Origin: an uncultured delta proteobacterium
GTDB taxonomy: Bacteria > Desulfobacterota > BSN033 > UBA1163
Assembly (NCBI GenBank): GCA_963827685.1
Contig: CAWHBU010000004.1
Coordinates: 448,001 to 512,000, forward strand
DNA length: 64,000 nt
Reading direction: 5' to 3'
Position numbers and translations under genes: made by a program. Positions 1-9,674 of this stretch are shown here, in pieces (position 1 is the first letter of the stretch; each line of letters begins with the position of its first letter). The notes under the pieces were generated by a model that was not told the DNA's origin, searched no databases, and saw only the letters and a list, made by a program, of their open reading frames with translations.

Positions 1-57
1 TTAGAGCATATACGACATTATCTGGAGAATGCCTTTCCCTTCCCCGACACAAGGATT

Positions 58-654
58 ATGAATAGCGTCCTGAGAATCGTTCGGGACCGCAAGATGGTTG
101 GGGTGCTGGGCATAGGAGGGTTGATCTGGGCCTCCACATGGGTGTTCAGTTCACTGAGGACAGCTTTGAATATTGTTTTTCAGGTTGAGAAGGGTCGCGG
201 CATCATTCGTGGAAAGGGAATTGATCTTCTCATGATCCTTTTGGCAGGAACCTTTTTCCTTATCAGTATGGTTTTCACCTCTGTGATCACCTTTATTCAG
301 GGTTACCGTTTCAGTCCCTTTCTGGATATGGTCCCAATCATTCGCTTCATCTTGAAATACCTCATTCCCTTTTTCTTCACTTTTTGGATGTGTTTCTTGA
401 TTTACAAGATCATTCCCGACAAGAAAATCCATTTCAAAACAGCTCTTCAAGCGGCCTTTTTTACCAGTCTTTTCTGGGAAACGGCAAAGCAGTTGTTTGG
501 ATGGTATGTCCTTCACCTGGGAAGGTTTTCTATGATCTATGGCTCCTTGAGCACCCTGGCCATTTTCTTTCTCTGGATTTACTATTCCTCAATCATCCTC
601 CTCTTGGGAGGGGAGGTCGCCTTTTTGTTGGAAAAAGAGAAAGGGTACAAATGA
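58..654 (+). CDS. YihY/virulence factor BrkB family inner membrane protein, probably 5'-truncated by the window edge
   Basis: Multiple hydrophobic helices and the YihY-type C-terminal pattern 'IYGSLSTLAIFFLWIYYSSIILLLGGE'; the frame appears open back to the window start. Confidence 0.85.
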   Translation: MNSVLRIVRDRKMVGVLGIGGLIWASTWVFSSLRTALNIVFQVEKGRGIIRGKGIDLLMILLAGTFFLISMVFTSVITFIQGYRFSPFLDMVPIIRFILKYLIPFFFTFWMCFLIYKIIPDKKIHFKTALQAAFFTSLFWETAKQLFGWYVLHLGRFSMIYGSLSTLAIFFLWIYYSSIILLLGGEVAFLLEKEKGYK

Positions 655-2078
655 AAGAAGAAAAGCAGCGAAAGACAAAGATTGTCTGTACGATTGGTCC
701 AGCGAGCGAATCGCCTCAGATCCTGGAAGCCCTGATCCAGGGCGGGATGAATGTGGCACGGCTCAATTTTTCTCATGGAACTCACGAAGAGCATTTAAGG
801 AAGATCAAAACGATTCGTCAAATCGCTGACCGATTGAGACGGCCTGTGGCTATCCTTCAAGATCTTGGCGGTCCCAAAATTCGGATCGGCATGATGAAAG
901 AGGGGGGAGGTGAGTTAAAAAGGGGGAAGGAATTTTGTCTAACCAACCAGTTGCTCATCGGCGACGAGACCAAAGTAACCGTGACTTACCCCGCCCTTCC
1001 CAGAGAAGTAAAACCCGGGGACAGAATTCTACTTGCTGATGGAACGATCGAACTTCGGGTCTTAGAAAGTGATGGGAAGAATATTCGATGTCAAGTGATC
1101 GTGGGAGGAATTTTAACCTCCCACAAGGGGATGAACTTTCCAACGAGAACCCCTCTGGCTTCAGCCTTTACAGAGAAGGATCAGAAGGATCTTCTCTTCG
1201 GCATTCAACATGGAGTGGATTTGGTCAGCCTTTCCTATATCCAAAGGGCCGCTGACATTGAGGGGGTTAAAAAAATTTTAAAGAAAGAATCACCTGCTAT
1301 TCCGGTCATTGCCAAAATCGAAAGAAAGGAAGCTTTAGAAAATATCGACGAAATTATCCTGGCCTCGGATGGGATCATGGTGGCCCGGGGAGATTTAGGT
1401 TTGGAGACTCCGATTGAAAAGATTCCAAATGTTCAGAAGAAACTGATACGGAAGGCCAATGACTCAGGAAAACCGGTGATCACAGCCACGCAAATGCTTC
1501 GTTCGATGGTGGACCATACTCAACCCACCCGGGCAGAAGTCACGGATGTGGTCAATGCCATTTATGACGGGACGGATGCGGTGATGCTTTCAGAGGAGAC
1601 GGCCAGCGGCCAATTTCCTGTCCAAGCTTTCCAGATGATGGCGAAGATTGCTCAATCAGCGGAAGAAGAATTTCCTCACCCACTATTTTTGAGAAGGGAA
1701 ACAGGCGAAGGGATGAATCTCCAACAGGCAATCACCTACACGGCATCGTTACTGGCTGAGGAAGTGGGAGCGAAGGTGATTGTGACCCCGACGGAATCAG
1801 GAAGCACGGCGCGCTGGGTGTCGAAGCTTCGACCTCGTCAGCCCATTCTTGCCTTGAGCCAACACCTTTCAACAGTCAGAGAGCTCAATCTCTCCTGGGG
1901 GGTCTATCCAGTTCTTGACCCCGCCTGGAAGGATACGGATGAGATGTTAGAGAGGTCGAAGAGAATGCCGAAGGAGTTGGGGATGGCTTCAAAAGGAGAG
2001 AAGATCGTCATCATCGCCGGGGTCCCTATCAGCATTCCAGGAACCACCAATCTCATTAAAGTGGAGTTTGTGGAATAA
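651..2078 (+). CDS. pyk: Pyruvate kinase
   Basis: Motifs RKTKIVCTIGPAS, ARLNFSHG, IAKIER, MVARGDLG, TATQML, DAVMLSEETA; start placed at ATG 651, overlapping the upstream stop (ATGA). Confidence 0.97.
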   Translation: MKEEKQRKTKIVCTIGPASESPQILEALIQGGMNVARLNFSHGTHEEHLRKIKTIRQIADRLRRPVAILQDLGGPKIRIGMMKEGGGELKRGKEFCLTNQLLIGDETKVTVTYPALPREVKPGDRILLADGTIELRVLESDGKNIRCQVIVGGILTSHKGMNFPTRTPLASAFTEKDQKDLLFGIQHGVDLVSLSYIQRAADIEGVKKILKKESPAIPVIAKIERKEALENIDEIILASDGIMVARGDLGLETPIEKIPNVQKKLIRKANDSGKPVITATQMLRSMVDHTQPTRAEVTDVVNAIYDGTDAVMLSEETASGQFPVQAFQMMAKIAQSAEEEFPHPLFLRRETGEGMNLQQAITYTASLLAEEVGAKVIVTPTESGSTARWVSKLRPRQPILALSQHLSTVRELNLSWGVYPVLDPAWKDTDEMLERSKRMPKELGMASKGEKIVIIAGVPISIPGTTNLIKVEFVE

Positions 2079-2261
2079 GTGACGCGCCTCAGATATGCCA
2101 ATCATTTTCCTCCCTTCGCAAAGATTGCGGAAATCGGGTTTTTGAATTTGATCCCACAATGGAATATGTTAAATTGAAATCGAGAAAATTAGAATTGATT
2201 GAAACAAATCCATTTCTATATCATATAGGCAACAAGACTCTTTTGTAGACGATCCAATTTT

Positions 2262-3017
2262 ATGACGGCTGCCAAGACCCATACCCCGAAATCCCGGATG
2301 ACGGATATTGTGTGGAAACCGCTGATCATGCTGGCTGTGGTGGCGGCCGCGTTTGGTTTGGCGTATTTGCTGCCTGCGCGGAAATATATCGGCGACATCG
2401 AGAGCGTCAAATACTGGCTGCTGTCGCTGGGGTGGGTGGCGCCGGCAGCATGGATGGGGATTGTTTTTGCACTGGTGGCCGCGGGGATGCCACGTCTGCT
2501 GTTCTGTCCCATCGGCGGCCTGGCGTTCGGATTCTGGCACGGCCTGCTGTGGACGCAAGTGGCGACACTGGGCGGCTATTATGCCCTGTTTCTGTTTGTG
2601 CGCTGGGGAGGTCAGGATTTCGTCCTTCGCCACTGGCCGCGGGTCGGGCGGCTCAAGGAGCATTTTCACGGACATTCCGCGGCGCTGCTGGTCTTTGCTG
2701 TGCGTCAGCTCCCCATCAGCGGGCTCATCATCAATTTTCTTTTAGGGCTTTCGCCCATCCGACACCGCCACTTTCTGCTGGGGACCGCCTTCGGGATTCT
2801 GCCCGAGGCCATCCCGTTCACGCTGGTTGCGAGTGGCGTCTTCAAGCTGACCGGCCGAAACACGCCGCTCTACATTGCCACCGCGGTCGGGCTTCTCCTG
2901 CTGGTATGCGCAGCCCTGTGGTATTTCTCTCGTCATTCAAAACTGCTGGCCCAACTGCGGGGAGAAACCGAGGCCGCGAGGGAGGAGACCGGATCCCCTC
3001 CACCCGACGCGTCCTAA
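2262..3017 (+). CDS. TVP38/TMEM64 (DedA/VTT domain) membrane protein
   Basis: 'GGLAFGFWHG', 'FAVRQLP...INFLLGLSPI...FLLGTAFGILP' pattern; visibly GC-richer than neighbours. Confidence 0.8.
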   Translation: MTAAKTHTPKSRMTDIVWKPLIMLAVVAAAFGLAYLLPARKYIGDIESVKYWLLSLGWVAPAAWMGIVFALVAAGMPRLLFCPIGGLAFGFWHGLLWTQVATLGGYYALFLFVRWGGQDFVLRHWPRVGRLKEHFHGHSAALLVFAVRQLPISGLIINFLLGLSPIRHRHFLLGTAFGILPEAIPFTLVASGVFKLTGRNTPLYIATAVGLLLLVCAALWYFSRHSKLLAQLRGETEAAREETGSPPPDAS

Positions 3018-3241
3018 ACAAGATCTAACACGAGCAGGGTGGTGGTTGGTTTAAAATTTAACCGCCATTGCAGGAGGGTGGCCTCACTTTCTCAGGCCAA
3101 TCGTCAAACGTCCTCAACGATTGATTCCGAGGACTTGTCGGTGGAAGGGATATCCCCTTTTCTTCAGAGCTGCTTCCTAGAAGTGAGAGTTATGGGTTTT
3201 CTTCAGAATAGAAGATTTCATCTCGAGATTGATCTCTTCTT

Positions 3242-4261
3242 CTATTGATTTCCCAGACTGTCAAACCAAGCCAGATTCTCTTTAATCAGGTCGGGGATGG
3301 GTAACTGGTAAGGGCAGCGCGGCAGACATTCCCCACATTCCGAGCAGTTTCGGGCTTTCTCTATTAAATCCTTCATCCACCCCACCTCCTGAGCATGAGG
3401 GCCAAAGCGCTTGATAACGGACTTTAGCCCGACAACAAACTGAATATTGATCTTTTCCGTGCAGGGCTGACAGTAGTCGCAGCGCCTACAGAATTGATGG
3501 TCGAACTCCTTCTTGACGGCTTCCATGCGCTCTTTATCTTCCTCAATAAGTGAATAGCCTTCAGCGAAAATCTTCCAATTCTCACGAACCTTTTTCAGAG
3601 TCTCCGACCCTGGGATGGGCACGATGTTCGCCGTTGAGAGGACGAACCTCAAGGCCGGGCCGGCCTCTTCAATCACCCCGCCCGAAAATGGCTTCATAGC
3701 CAATACACCGATGTCTTTTTCATTAGCCAAGGGAAACACTTTCTTGGCTGCGTCCGGTTCTAAAAAGCTATAGCAAGCCATGATGACTTCAAAATGACCA
3801 TCCTCGATCGCCCTCTCCAATACGTTGAGGTTGTGGCTGGTGATGCCGATATGATCGATTAATCCTTCATCTCTCGCGCGTTTTAACCCTTCGTGGGCTC
3901 CTCCAGGGGCCAGGAGCCTCTCATAATCTTCGAAGGTGGAGACGCTGTGCAGATGGTAGATATTGACTTTCTTTACCTTCATCTGCTTGAGGCTCTCCTG
4001 TACATCATTATAAATCTTCGCCGTTCTTATCAGAGATTTTGAAGAAAGGATGATAGACCTATCTATTCTTTGGAGTGCCAATCCAATCCGGTGCTCGCTG
4101 TTTGTATAAGCACGGGCTGTATCCAGGAGGTCGACTCCCGTTTCAATCACAGCCCGTATGACGGAAACCGCCTCGCGTTCACCGACCCGTTGGATAGGAA
4201 TTCCACCCCATCCCAGTTTTGTCACGATTAGATTGGTCCTGCCCAGCCTGATTTTTTCCAT
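3242..4261 (-). CDS. Aldo/keto reductase with C-terminal 4Fe-4S dicluster domain
   Basis: 'RLGRTNL', 'DTARAY', 'IGITSH', 'AMKPF' plus CRRCDYCQPC and CSECGECLPRCP. Confidence 0.9.
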   Translation of the reverse strand: MEKIRLGRTNLIVTKLGWGGIPIQRVGEREAVSVIRAVIETGVDLLDTARAYTNSEHRIGLALQRIDRSIILSSKSLIRTAKIYNDVQESLKQMKVKKVNIYHLHSVSTFEDYERLLAPGGAHEGLKRARDEGLIDHIGITSHNLNVLERAIEDGHFEVIMACYSFLEPDAAKKVFPLANEKDIGVLAMKPFSGGVIEEAGPALRFVLSTANIVPIPGSETLKKVRENWKIFAEGYSLIEEDKERMEAVKKEFDHQFCRRCDYCQPCTEKINIQFVVGLKSVIKRFGPHAQEVGWMKDLIEKARNCSECGECLPRCPYQLPIPDLIKENLAWFDSLGNQ

Positions 4262-4554
4262 CTGCGTACTCCTTGAACTAAGGATAATACAAAAAAACTC
4301 GTATCACCATAAGAACCATTTCTTTTCCTATATTTCTTACCAAATTCTCATCCAATTGGAGATTAGAGTAGATTTACAGTGAAGACTTCCTATAAAGTGT
4401 GAAGTTAAAATTCCTCAAGATCTGTCGATTTTTGGTTGAAGGATTGGATAACGATTAATAACACTCTTAAGTTTGTTTAACTACGACTCTAATGCGGAGA
4501 TGAGCTGAATCCGTGCTGTAAACCGGTGATTTCTGCTCGAATGACCTGGTTCTT

Positions 4555-4581
4555 AAAGTGTATAGTTTAGCTTTGACCCCC
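4555..4581 (-). repeat. Copy of dispersed ~26-bp GG(G/T)GTCA...CTACACTAT(A/T)CAC repeat
   Basis: Minus strand GGGGTCAAAGCTAAACTATACACTTT matches 56288-56313 at 24/26 positions. Confidence 0.75.
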
Positions 4582-4610
4582 AATCTCCCAAATCTCGACA
4601 TCAATTTATT

Positions 4611-5426
4611 CTATTCTGCCTTTTCAATTTCCCTAAAGGCAATGGTTTTTATTAAATCTTCTTCTGTTTGAAACAAACTGAATTGATTGAGATTATATTC
4701 GTCTAGATATGATAAAACTTTTATTCTTTCTTTGGTTGGAATTGTTATTTTTATCATGATGTCTTGGAATCCGTCTTCCTCGCCCTCGATGTATTCTTGA
4801 AATAATCCTGCATGGCTAATAAATTCCCAGTCCTTTTGATCAGGTAAATTCCTTGCAGCAACAGTATACCATGCTTGTTGTAAAAAATGACGTTTATGAG
4901 TATTGATATTCGGCCCAAATTTAGTAATTACACCGCTATCAGGGTGATACGTTTTTGCCATATTCGGATACTCTACATATACAAAAATGGCGTTTCTTTC
5001 AATTTCTTTGTATTTGGAAAACGCAAAAAAAGCTGCGATGTATGGTGACGCGGTCCAATCTAAAAGTGGTGATGGAAAACCATGTTGACGTAGGTGTATC
5101 CAATAACTATAAAATTGTGGTAGTAAACCAAGAGCATTTTCCGAATAATTGTTAGCTAATTTGCGCTCTAACTCTTCCCACTTTGGTAAATCCCACGCTC
5201 TAAGAGTATAAGATTCAATTTGCGGAGTAAATCGCATAATGAGTTTAATATATGATTTTACCGTCCATGATTTTTTGCTAAACCTTTCAAGTGTCGTTTT
5301 AAGATGTTTATTGTCTTTATCTGCATCACCTCCACGATATAAGATCTTATTCCCACGATATTGGTTCTGTATTTCCTGAATCCTCGGAATAAAGTCTTCC
5401 CATGAATTTAAATCATTTTTATTCAT
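4611..5426 (-). CDS. FRG domain protein
   Basis: 'ILYRGG', 'LRQHGFPSPLLDWTASPYIAAFFA', 'RHFLQQAWY'; AT-rich. Confidence 0.9.
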   Translation of the reverse strand: MNKNDLNSWEDFIPRIQEIQNQYRGNKILYRGGDADKDNKHLKTTLERFSKKSWTVKSYIKLIMRFTPQIESYTLRAWDLPKWEELERKLANNYSENALGLLPQFYSYWIHLRQHGFPSPLLDWTASPYIAAFFAFSKYKEIERNAIFVYVEYPNMAKTYHPDSGVITKFGPNINTHKRHFLQQAWYTVAARNLPDQKDWEFISHAGLFQEYIEGEEDGFQDIMIKITIPTKERIKVLSYLDEYNLNQFSLFQTEEDLIKTIAFREIEKAE

Positions 5427-5467
5427 TTAAGCCTCTTCAATGATTTATATTCTTTGTTTGGTTCTGC

Positions 5468-8400
5468 TCACAGCCTCACTTCGAGCAGGCTTGTTTCTAC
5501 TTCTGCAAATAGATTATCAAGAGATTGTTGTATGCTGATTGTCTCTGCAATGGCCGTCACTACAATGCAGTAGTGGGCTACTTCTTCAGATGAAAGTCCC
5601 TTGCCCTTGCGGTCTTTGAGCCATTTCTCTGAAACCTGATAGCCGCCTATGTGATATTCCCAGACGTTGGGAGGAATACCAGTAAACCATTTCTCAGGAT
5701 TGATGTGAACACGAGCTTTCTTTTGATCGTACGTTACCTTGTCCACACGAAGGTCGCCAGACCCTTCGCACTTGGCCATCGGTTTGGCAAGCTTCTTGGA
5801 CTTGAGAAGGTGGAGTTCAACAAGCTCCTCGCCTTTTTGGGCAAGTTTGTTAAAAAGCTTGTACTCTTTCGTAAACGGGACACGGGGAAAATCTGTCTTC
5901 AAAAACTCCGCATATTTCTTCCGATATGCGTTTGAATAGAGGAGGGCATAAATGTAGTGGAAAATTTGCTCCGGTGCGGGCTGCCTTTTGTAAGCATTGG
6001 CTAATGATATAAGTAATCCAGAACTGATATTCGAATGCCGCATCGAGTATGCTTCCGCCGGTTCAAATACAAACATAGGTTGATATCGAGATAATCCGCT
6101 TTTCCGACCAGACCCGCCAGAATCAAGTTTTTCATATAGATACAATGGAAAACAATAGTCAATCGTTTTCAAAGATACAGCAACGTGCTCCACCAGATGG
6201 TTCGATAGAAAAACATGTGACCACGGAATAGCGGTTTCAACACGACGTGGCAAGATAATGGCGAGATTGGGCTGCAACATATGTCGCATGATTTCTCCTC
6301 GCGGCATACAGTGAAACCCTTTTGAATTGCCAGTGTAGTAGGTAAAACGAATGTCAAAAGGCCGATAAAGGATAGGGACAATATTCCCTTTGGTTGGACC
6401 CCCTTTCTTCAAATCTTCTTGCGCTAACTTTACCTTCCAGTCCCGGACATCATTGCCAAGCTGATAAGCCTGACGGGCAATCTCCGGGTCAAGAGAGGAG
6501 AAGTTCAACACTGTTGTCCACGCTTGCTGAGGAGTCCAATGAATCGTTAGATGATCTCTGGCCGTCACAATTCCCACGCTGTTCACAGGGAAAATCGCCG
6601 GAATGCTCAGATACGATTGGAATCGCTTGCCTAATTTTTCATCTCTTGGAACGAACAGGTAGAAGGGTGTGACAGGTTTAAGCTGGTTCCAATCTGTTTT
6701 TTTCAATTCATGCTTTTTCAGCCATTCATATTTCTGTTCCCATACACCCCAAATCTCACTATGCATCAGGATTTTTGAGGGAGTGCACTGCTTCCTTTTC
6801 ACAAAAAGGCCAATGGCGACGCCCTGCTGTATATCAAAAACGTTTTCGTCTTTCGAACCGTTAGGAGCTTTCTCCTTTTTGAGGGAGTTACCATGAAGGT
6901 CAAGGATGTATATTTCATCAAAAGAGTTCATGAGCGATTGCCGCATTCCTCGAAACGTAGGGTTATCAAGATAGCTGTGATTCGTGATAAAGCCGAGGGC
7001 GCCTTCGCCGATCTGGTCAATCTTCCATTGAGCGAATCGGATGAACTTGACGTAGTCATCCTGAAGCCACTTGGGATTTTTTTCGCCGAGGGGTTTGCCA
7101 TCAACCTTCTTATAGGTCTCAATTTGATCTTTAATCCAATCGCCCTTGTTTGCTGAATGTCCGGAGTACGGCGGATTGCCGAGAATGACAAGAATCGGCC
7201 TCTCTTTCTTTACTTTGTTAGCGAGATGGGATTCTTCCGAAAGGGATGCCATTCCTGGAAGCGATGTCTGGGCAAGCTCCCCCATTTCAAGCGTATTCGT
7301 TAGATAGAACTGAAATCGTTCATCGCCTGAGAGCTTGTGGCCCAACTCTTCTAAGAGGTAGCCCATCTTCAAGTGGCCTGCTGCGTATGGAGCCATCATT
7401 AACTCGAAGGCGAAGAAGTGCTTGAGAATGTGATCCTCAATAAATTTTGCCTTTGAGCCCTCGCCGTACTTACTGACAAATTCTTCCACGGCGAGCCTTG
7501 CCGCTTCAGCGAGGAACGTGAGCGTTCCGCCAGCAGGGTCGAGCACCGTCACGGATTGCGTGGCAAACCCGTCCTGCCGTTCAAATTTCTCCTTCAGAAT
7601 GATGTTGAGAGAACGGACAATGTAAGAAACAACAGGCTCAGGGGTGTAATAAACACCCCGTCGCTCGCGCTCTTGAGGGTTGTATTCAGCAAGGAACGTC
7701 TCGTAGAAATGGAAAATCGGATCGCTTCCTTTGCCCTCTTTGAAATACTGGTGAAGGATGTTCTTGACATCCGCGACGGCGAGGACTTCCGCAATGTCAT
7801 CGACGGTCGCCTGGAGTTGCTCAGGAGGGTCAAATGAAACGAAGTGGAAGATATCGCGCAGGATACCGATAGTCTTAGGAATCAAGTCATAAGCCAGGAT
7901 TCGATTGAATGCTCCATTGGCTCGGGTTCTCGCGGCAAAAAGGCCATAGGTTATGGTCTGGGCATACAGGTCGGCAAACTCGTCCTGCTTAAGGTTGAAA
8001 ATCAGATGTTTCTGGAAAGCCTCATAGAAGCCAAGGATCTTCTTTGCGCCTGCATTGGATGTTTCTCGAAGTTCCTCTTTGATGACTTGATCTCTAAGAA
8101 AGCGGGTGCGGGTAGCGAGTTCTTTTGCAAGACTCTCAGCGGTGAACTTGGTAGGTAGCGAGAATTGAAAGAACTTCTCCAGTAAGGCCAAGAATTCATC
8201 AGTATGCTCAGCAGGAGGAATGGTTTTCAGCTTTGTCGGAATATACGGGCGTGCAAGGAGAACGTGGGCAACACGCTGCCCATTTCGGTAAAGCCTGAAC
8301 TCATAGAAGTTTGTCAGAATAAGATTAGGAAAAGTGGAAAGGTAGCGCTTCAATTGGTCGGAAGTCTCGACTTCGTCGAGATTAGCTTTGGGCGGCTTCG

Positions 8401-8620
8401 CTTCAACGTAGCCGACCTGAGAGTGCTTGCCGTCCCAAACTCGGAAGTCTGGATTGCCTGCTTCGGTCTTCTTTGGCAGTACAGTGACGTGGGCCTTCTT
8501 TTTTCTCACGCTTTCGGAAAACCATTCAAGAAGTTCCGCAAAGGCAGGGTAGTAGGATTCCTCGCGAGCATCCCCGCGCTTGGTAATTGATGCGATCTTT
8601 TTAATATATGTGTCTATCAT
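5468..8620 (-). CDS. Fused restriction-modification enzyme (Type IIG-like N6-adenine MTase with Type ISP-like C-terminal specificity region, no helicase)
   Basis: N-terminal PD-(D/E)xK 'GNPDFRV...GYVEAK'; 'GVYYTPEPVV'; motif I 'VLDPAGGTLTF'; motif IV 'GNPPY'; C-terminal 'YRPFD', 'FPRVPF', 'WEYHIGGYQV...KWLKDR'. Confidence 0.88.
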   Translation of the reverse strand: MIDTYIKKIASITKRGDAREESYYPAFAELLEWFSESVRKKKAHVTVLPKKTEAGNPDFRVWDGKHSQVGYVEAKPPKANLDEVETSDQLKRYLSTFPNLILTNFYEFRLYRNGQRVAHVLLARPYIPTKLKTIPPAEHTDEFLALLEKFFQFSLPTKFTAESLAKELATRTRFLRDQVIKEELRETSNAGAKKILGFYEAFQKHLIFNLKQDEFADLYAQTITYGLFAARTRANGAFNRILAYDLIPKTIGILRDIFHFVSFDPPEQLQATVDDIAEVLAVADVKNILHQYFKEGKGSDPIFHFYETFLAEYNPQERERRGVYYTPEPVVSYIVRSLNIILKEKFERQDGFATQSVTVLDPAGGTLTFLAEAARLAVEEFVSKYGEGSKAKFIEDHILKHFFAFELMMAPYAAGHLKMGYLLEELGHKLSGDERFQFYLTNTLEMGELAQTSLPGMASLSEESHLANKVKKERPILVILGNPPYSGHSANKGDWIKDQIETYKKVDGKPLGEKNPKWLQDDYVKFIRFAQWKIDQIGEGALGFITNHSYLDNPTFRGMRQSLMNSFDEIYILDLHGNSLKKEKAPNGSKDENVFDIQQGVAIGLFVKRKQCTPSKILMHSEIWGVWEQKYEWLKKHELKKTDWNQLKPVTPFYLFVPRDEKLGKRFQSYLSIPAIFPVNSVGIVTARDHLTIHWTPQQAWTTVLNFSSLDPEIARQAYQLGNDVRDWKVKLAQEDLKKGGPTKGNIVPILYRPFDIRFTYYTGNSKGFHCMPRGEIMRHMLQPNLAIILPRRVETAIPWSHVFLSNHLVEHVAVSLKTIDYCFPLYLYEKLDSGGSGRKSGLSRYQPMFVFEPAEAYSMRHSNISSGLLISLANAYKRQPAPEQIFHYIYALLYSNAYRKKYAEFLKTDFPRVPFTKEYKLFNKLAQKGEELVELHLLKSKKLAKPMAKCEGSGDLRVDKVTYDQKKARVHINPEKWFTGIPPNVWEYHIGGYQVSEKWLKDRKGKGLSSEEVAHYCIVVTAIAETISIQQSLDNLFAEVETSLLEVRL

Positions 8621-8666
8621 TGTCTATCCAATAAATGGCTTACAATCAATCGAAATATGGATTAGG

Positions 8667-8796
8667 ATGTAACACAAAAGGTGAGCGACCGCCGCCGGAA
8701 GCGCGCTCACGCAAGCAAGGTAAATGTTCGAAATCATCCGGCAACTCCGGAACCGAGACGCGGGGCAGCAGTTCATCTTGACCGTTTTGTTAGGGC
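8667..8796 (-). other. attC-like integron cassette recombination site (~130 bp)
   Basis: Minus strand GCCCTAAC (R'', contains the ORF stop)-AAAAC-GGTCAAG...imperfect stem (ACTGCTGCC / GGCGGCGGT)...CTCACC-TTTTGT-GTTACAT (R'). Confidence 0.72.
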
Positions 8797-9377
8797 TCTT
8801 TGAGGCGCCTTATTATATGCTTAAACATATCCCGGTTCAGCGCTGCTGCCACCTTTTCGCTCGCGGCTGAGACAACTCCTAAACCGTGTAATGCGTAGAT
8901 GTCGTCAATGGCCGACTTGATCCGAGCAACGTCTGCTTTCTCGTGCACGACTTTGAGGCCCTTCCGACCTTTCGTTTTTGCCTTTCTTCTTTCATAGCAT
9001 TCACAGATGAATATACAGTTAAGCCACAGAGAGTGGACGATCAGGTTCCTGAATTCCTCGGCAGCCGACAACGCTGCCGCAACGGTTCTCACATGTTCTT
9101 GCTGGGTTGCGTTGTCTCGATACCGTCTGAGCAACAATGCGGTAAGAAGATCAACACGCTGCCCGAAGCTCATTGACGCCAGAATCATATCAGCGGTCTC
9201 AATGTCGCTACTGCCAAGCTCCTTTGTCACCGCTTGTGAAATACGCAAATCGAGATCGTTGAAGGCGATCACCAGCCGTCCGATCCAAAGCGATAGCTGA
9301 TTTCTGCGAATACTCAACACGCGGCGGCGTCGTTGAGCGATGCCACGCCCGATCTTTTTTAGGATTTTGTTAGTCAC
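8790..9377 (-). CDS. Hypothetical cassette protein, putative HEPN-like fold
   Basis: Predicted largely helical with Rx4H motif 'FRNLIVHS'; stop lies within the attC-like R'' box; GC-richer than flanks. Confidence 0.55.
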   Translation of the reverse strand: MTNKILKKIGRGIAQRRRRVLSIRRNQLSLWIGRLVIAFNDLDLRISQAVTKELGSSDIETADMILASMSFGQRVDLLTALLLRRYRDNATQQEHVRTVAAALSAAEEFRNLIVHSLWLNCIFICECYERRKAKTKGRKGLKVVHEKADVARIKSAIDDIYALHGLGVVSAASEKVAAALNRDMFKHIIRRLKEP

Positions 9378-9383
9378 GTACTC

Positions 9384-9410
9384 GCCCGAACATTATTTTT
9401 ATGCTGTTAC
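9384..9410 (-). other. Cassette 5' core site / attI-like site
   Basis: Minus strand GCATAAAAATAAT-GTTCGGGC just before the ORF; GTTCGGGC is complementary (1 mismatch) to the downstream R'' GCCCTAAC. Confidence 0.5.
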
Positions 9411-9674
9411 TAGCTGTCGCTATGTTTTGCTACAAAATAAACCTATGCGTGTCCCAAATTGTCAATTTATGGTTGTAATATATACCTTTTTTGGAATTTT
9501 TGGAAGTACCGAATACAGAGATGAGCTTTCATCTACGAAGTTTTAATTTTTTGAAATGATAAAAATTGCCACCTTCGAGTTGAAACCGTGTAGGCATTTC
9601 AACTTATGATTGAATCAATCAAATTGTATTTGTTGGTTAATTTGTCAAGTGGAGGTCGAAAGGTCAACGGCTAC

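Noticed and set aside
384-650. N-terminal extension of pyruvate kinase in the ORF track
   Set aside because: Overlaps the YihY gene out of frame; homology begins at MKEEKQRKTK (651)
2312-3028. Long overlapping alternative-frame ORFs in GC-rich genes
   Set aside because: Expected shadow ORFs in high-GC sequence
5468-8620. RM and FRG genes as further integron cassettes
   Set aside because: No attC-like structure seen after either gene; only the 8790-9377 ORF has one
5468-8620. Full Type ISP enzyme
   Set aside because: No SF2 helicase motifs and too short; only the MTase and C-terminal specificity parts resemble it
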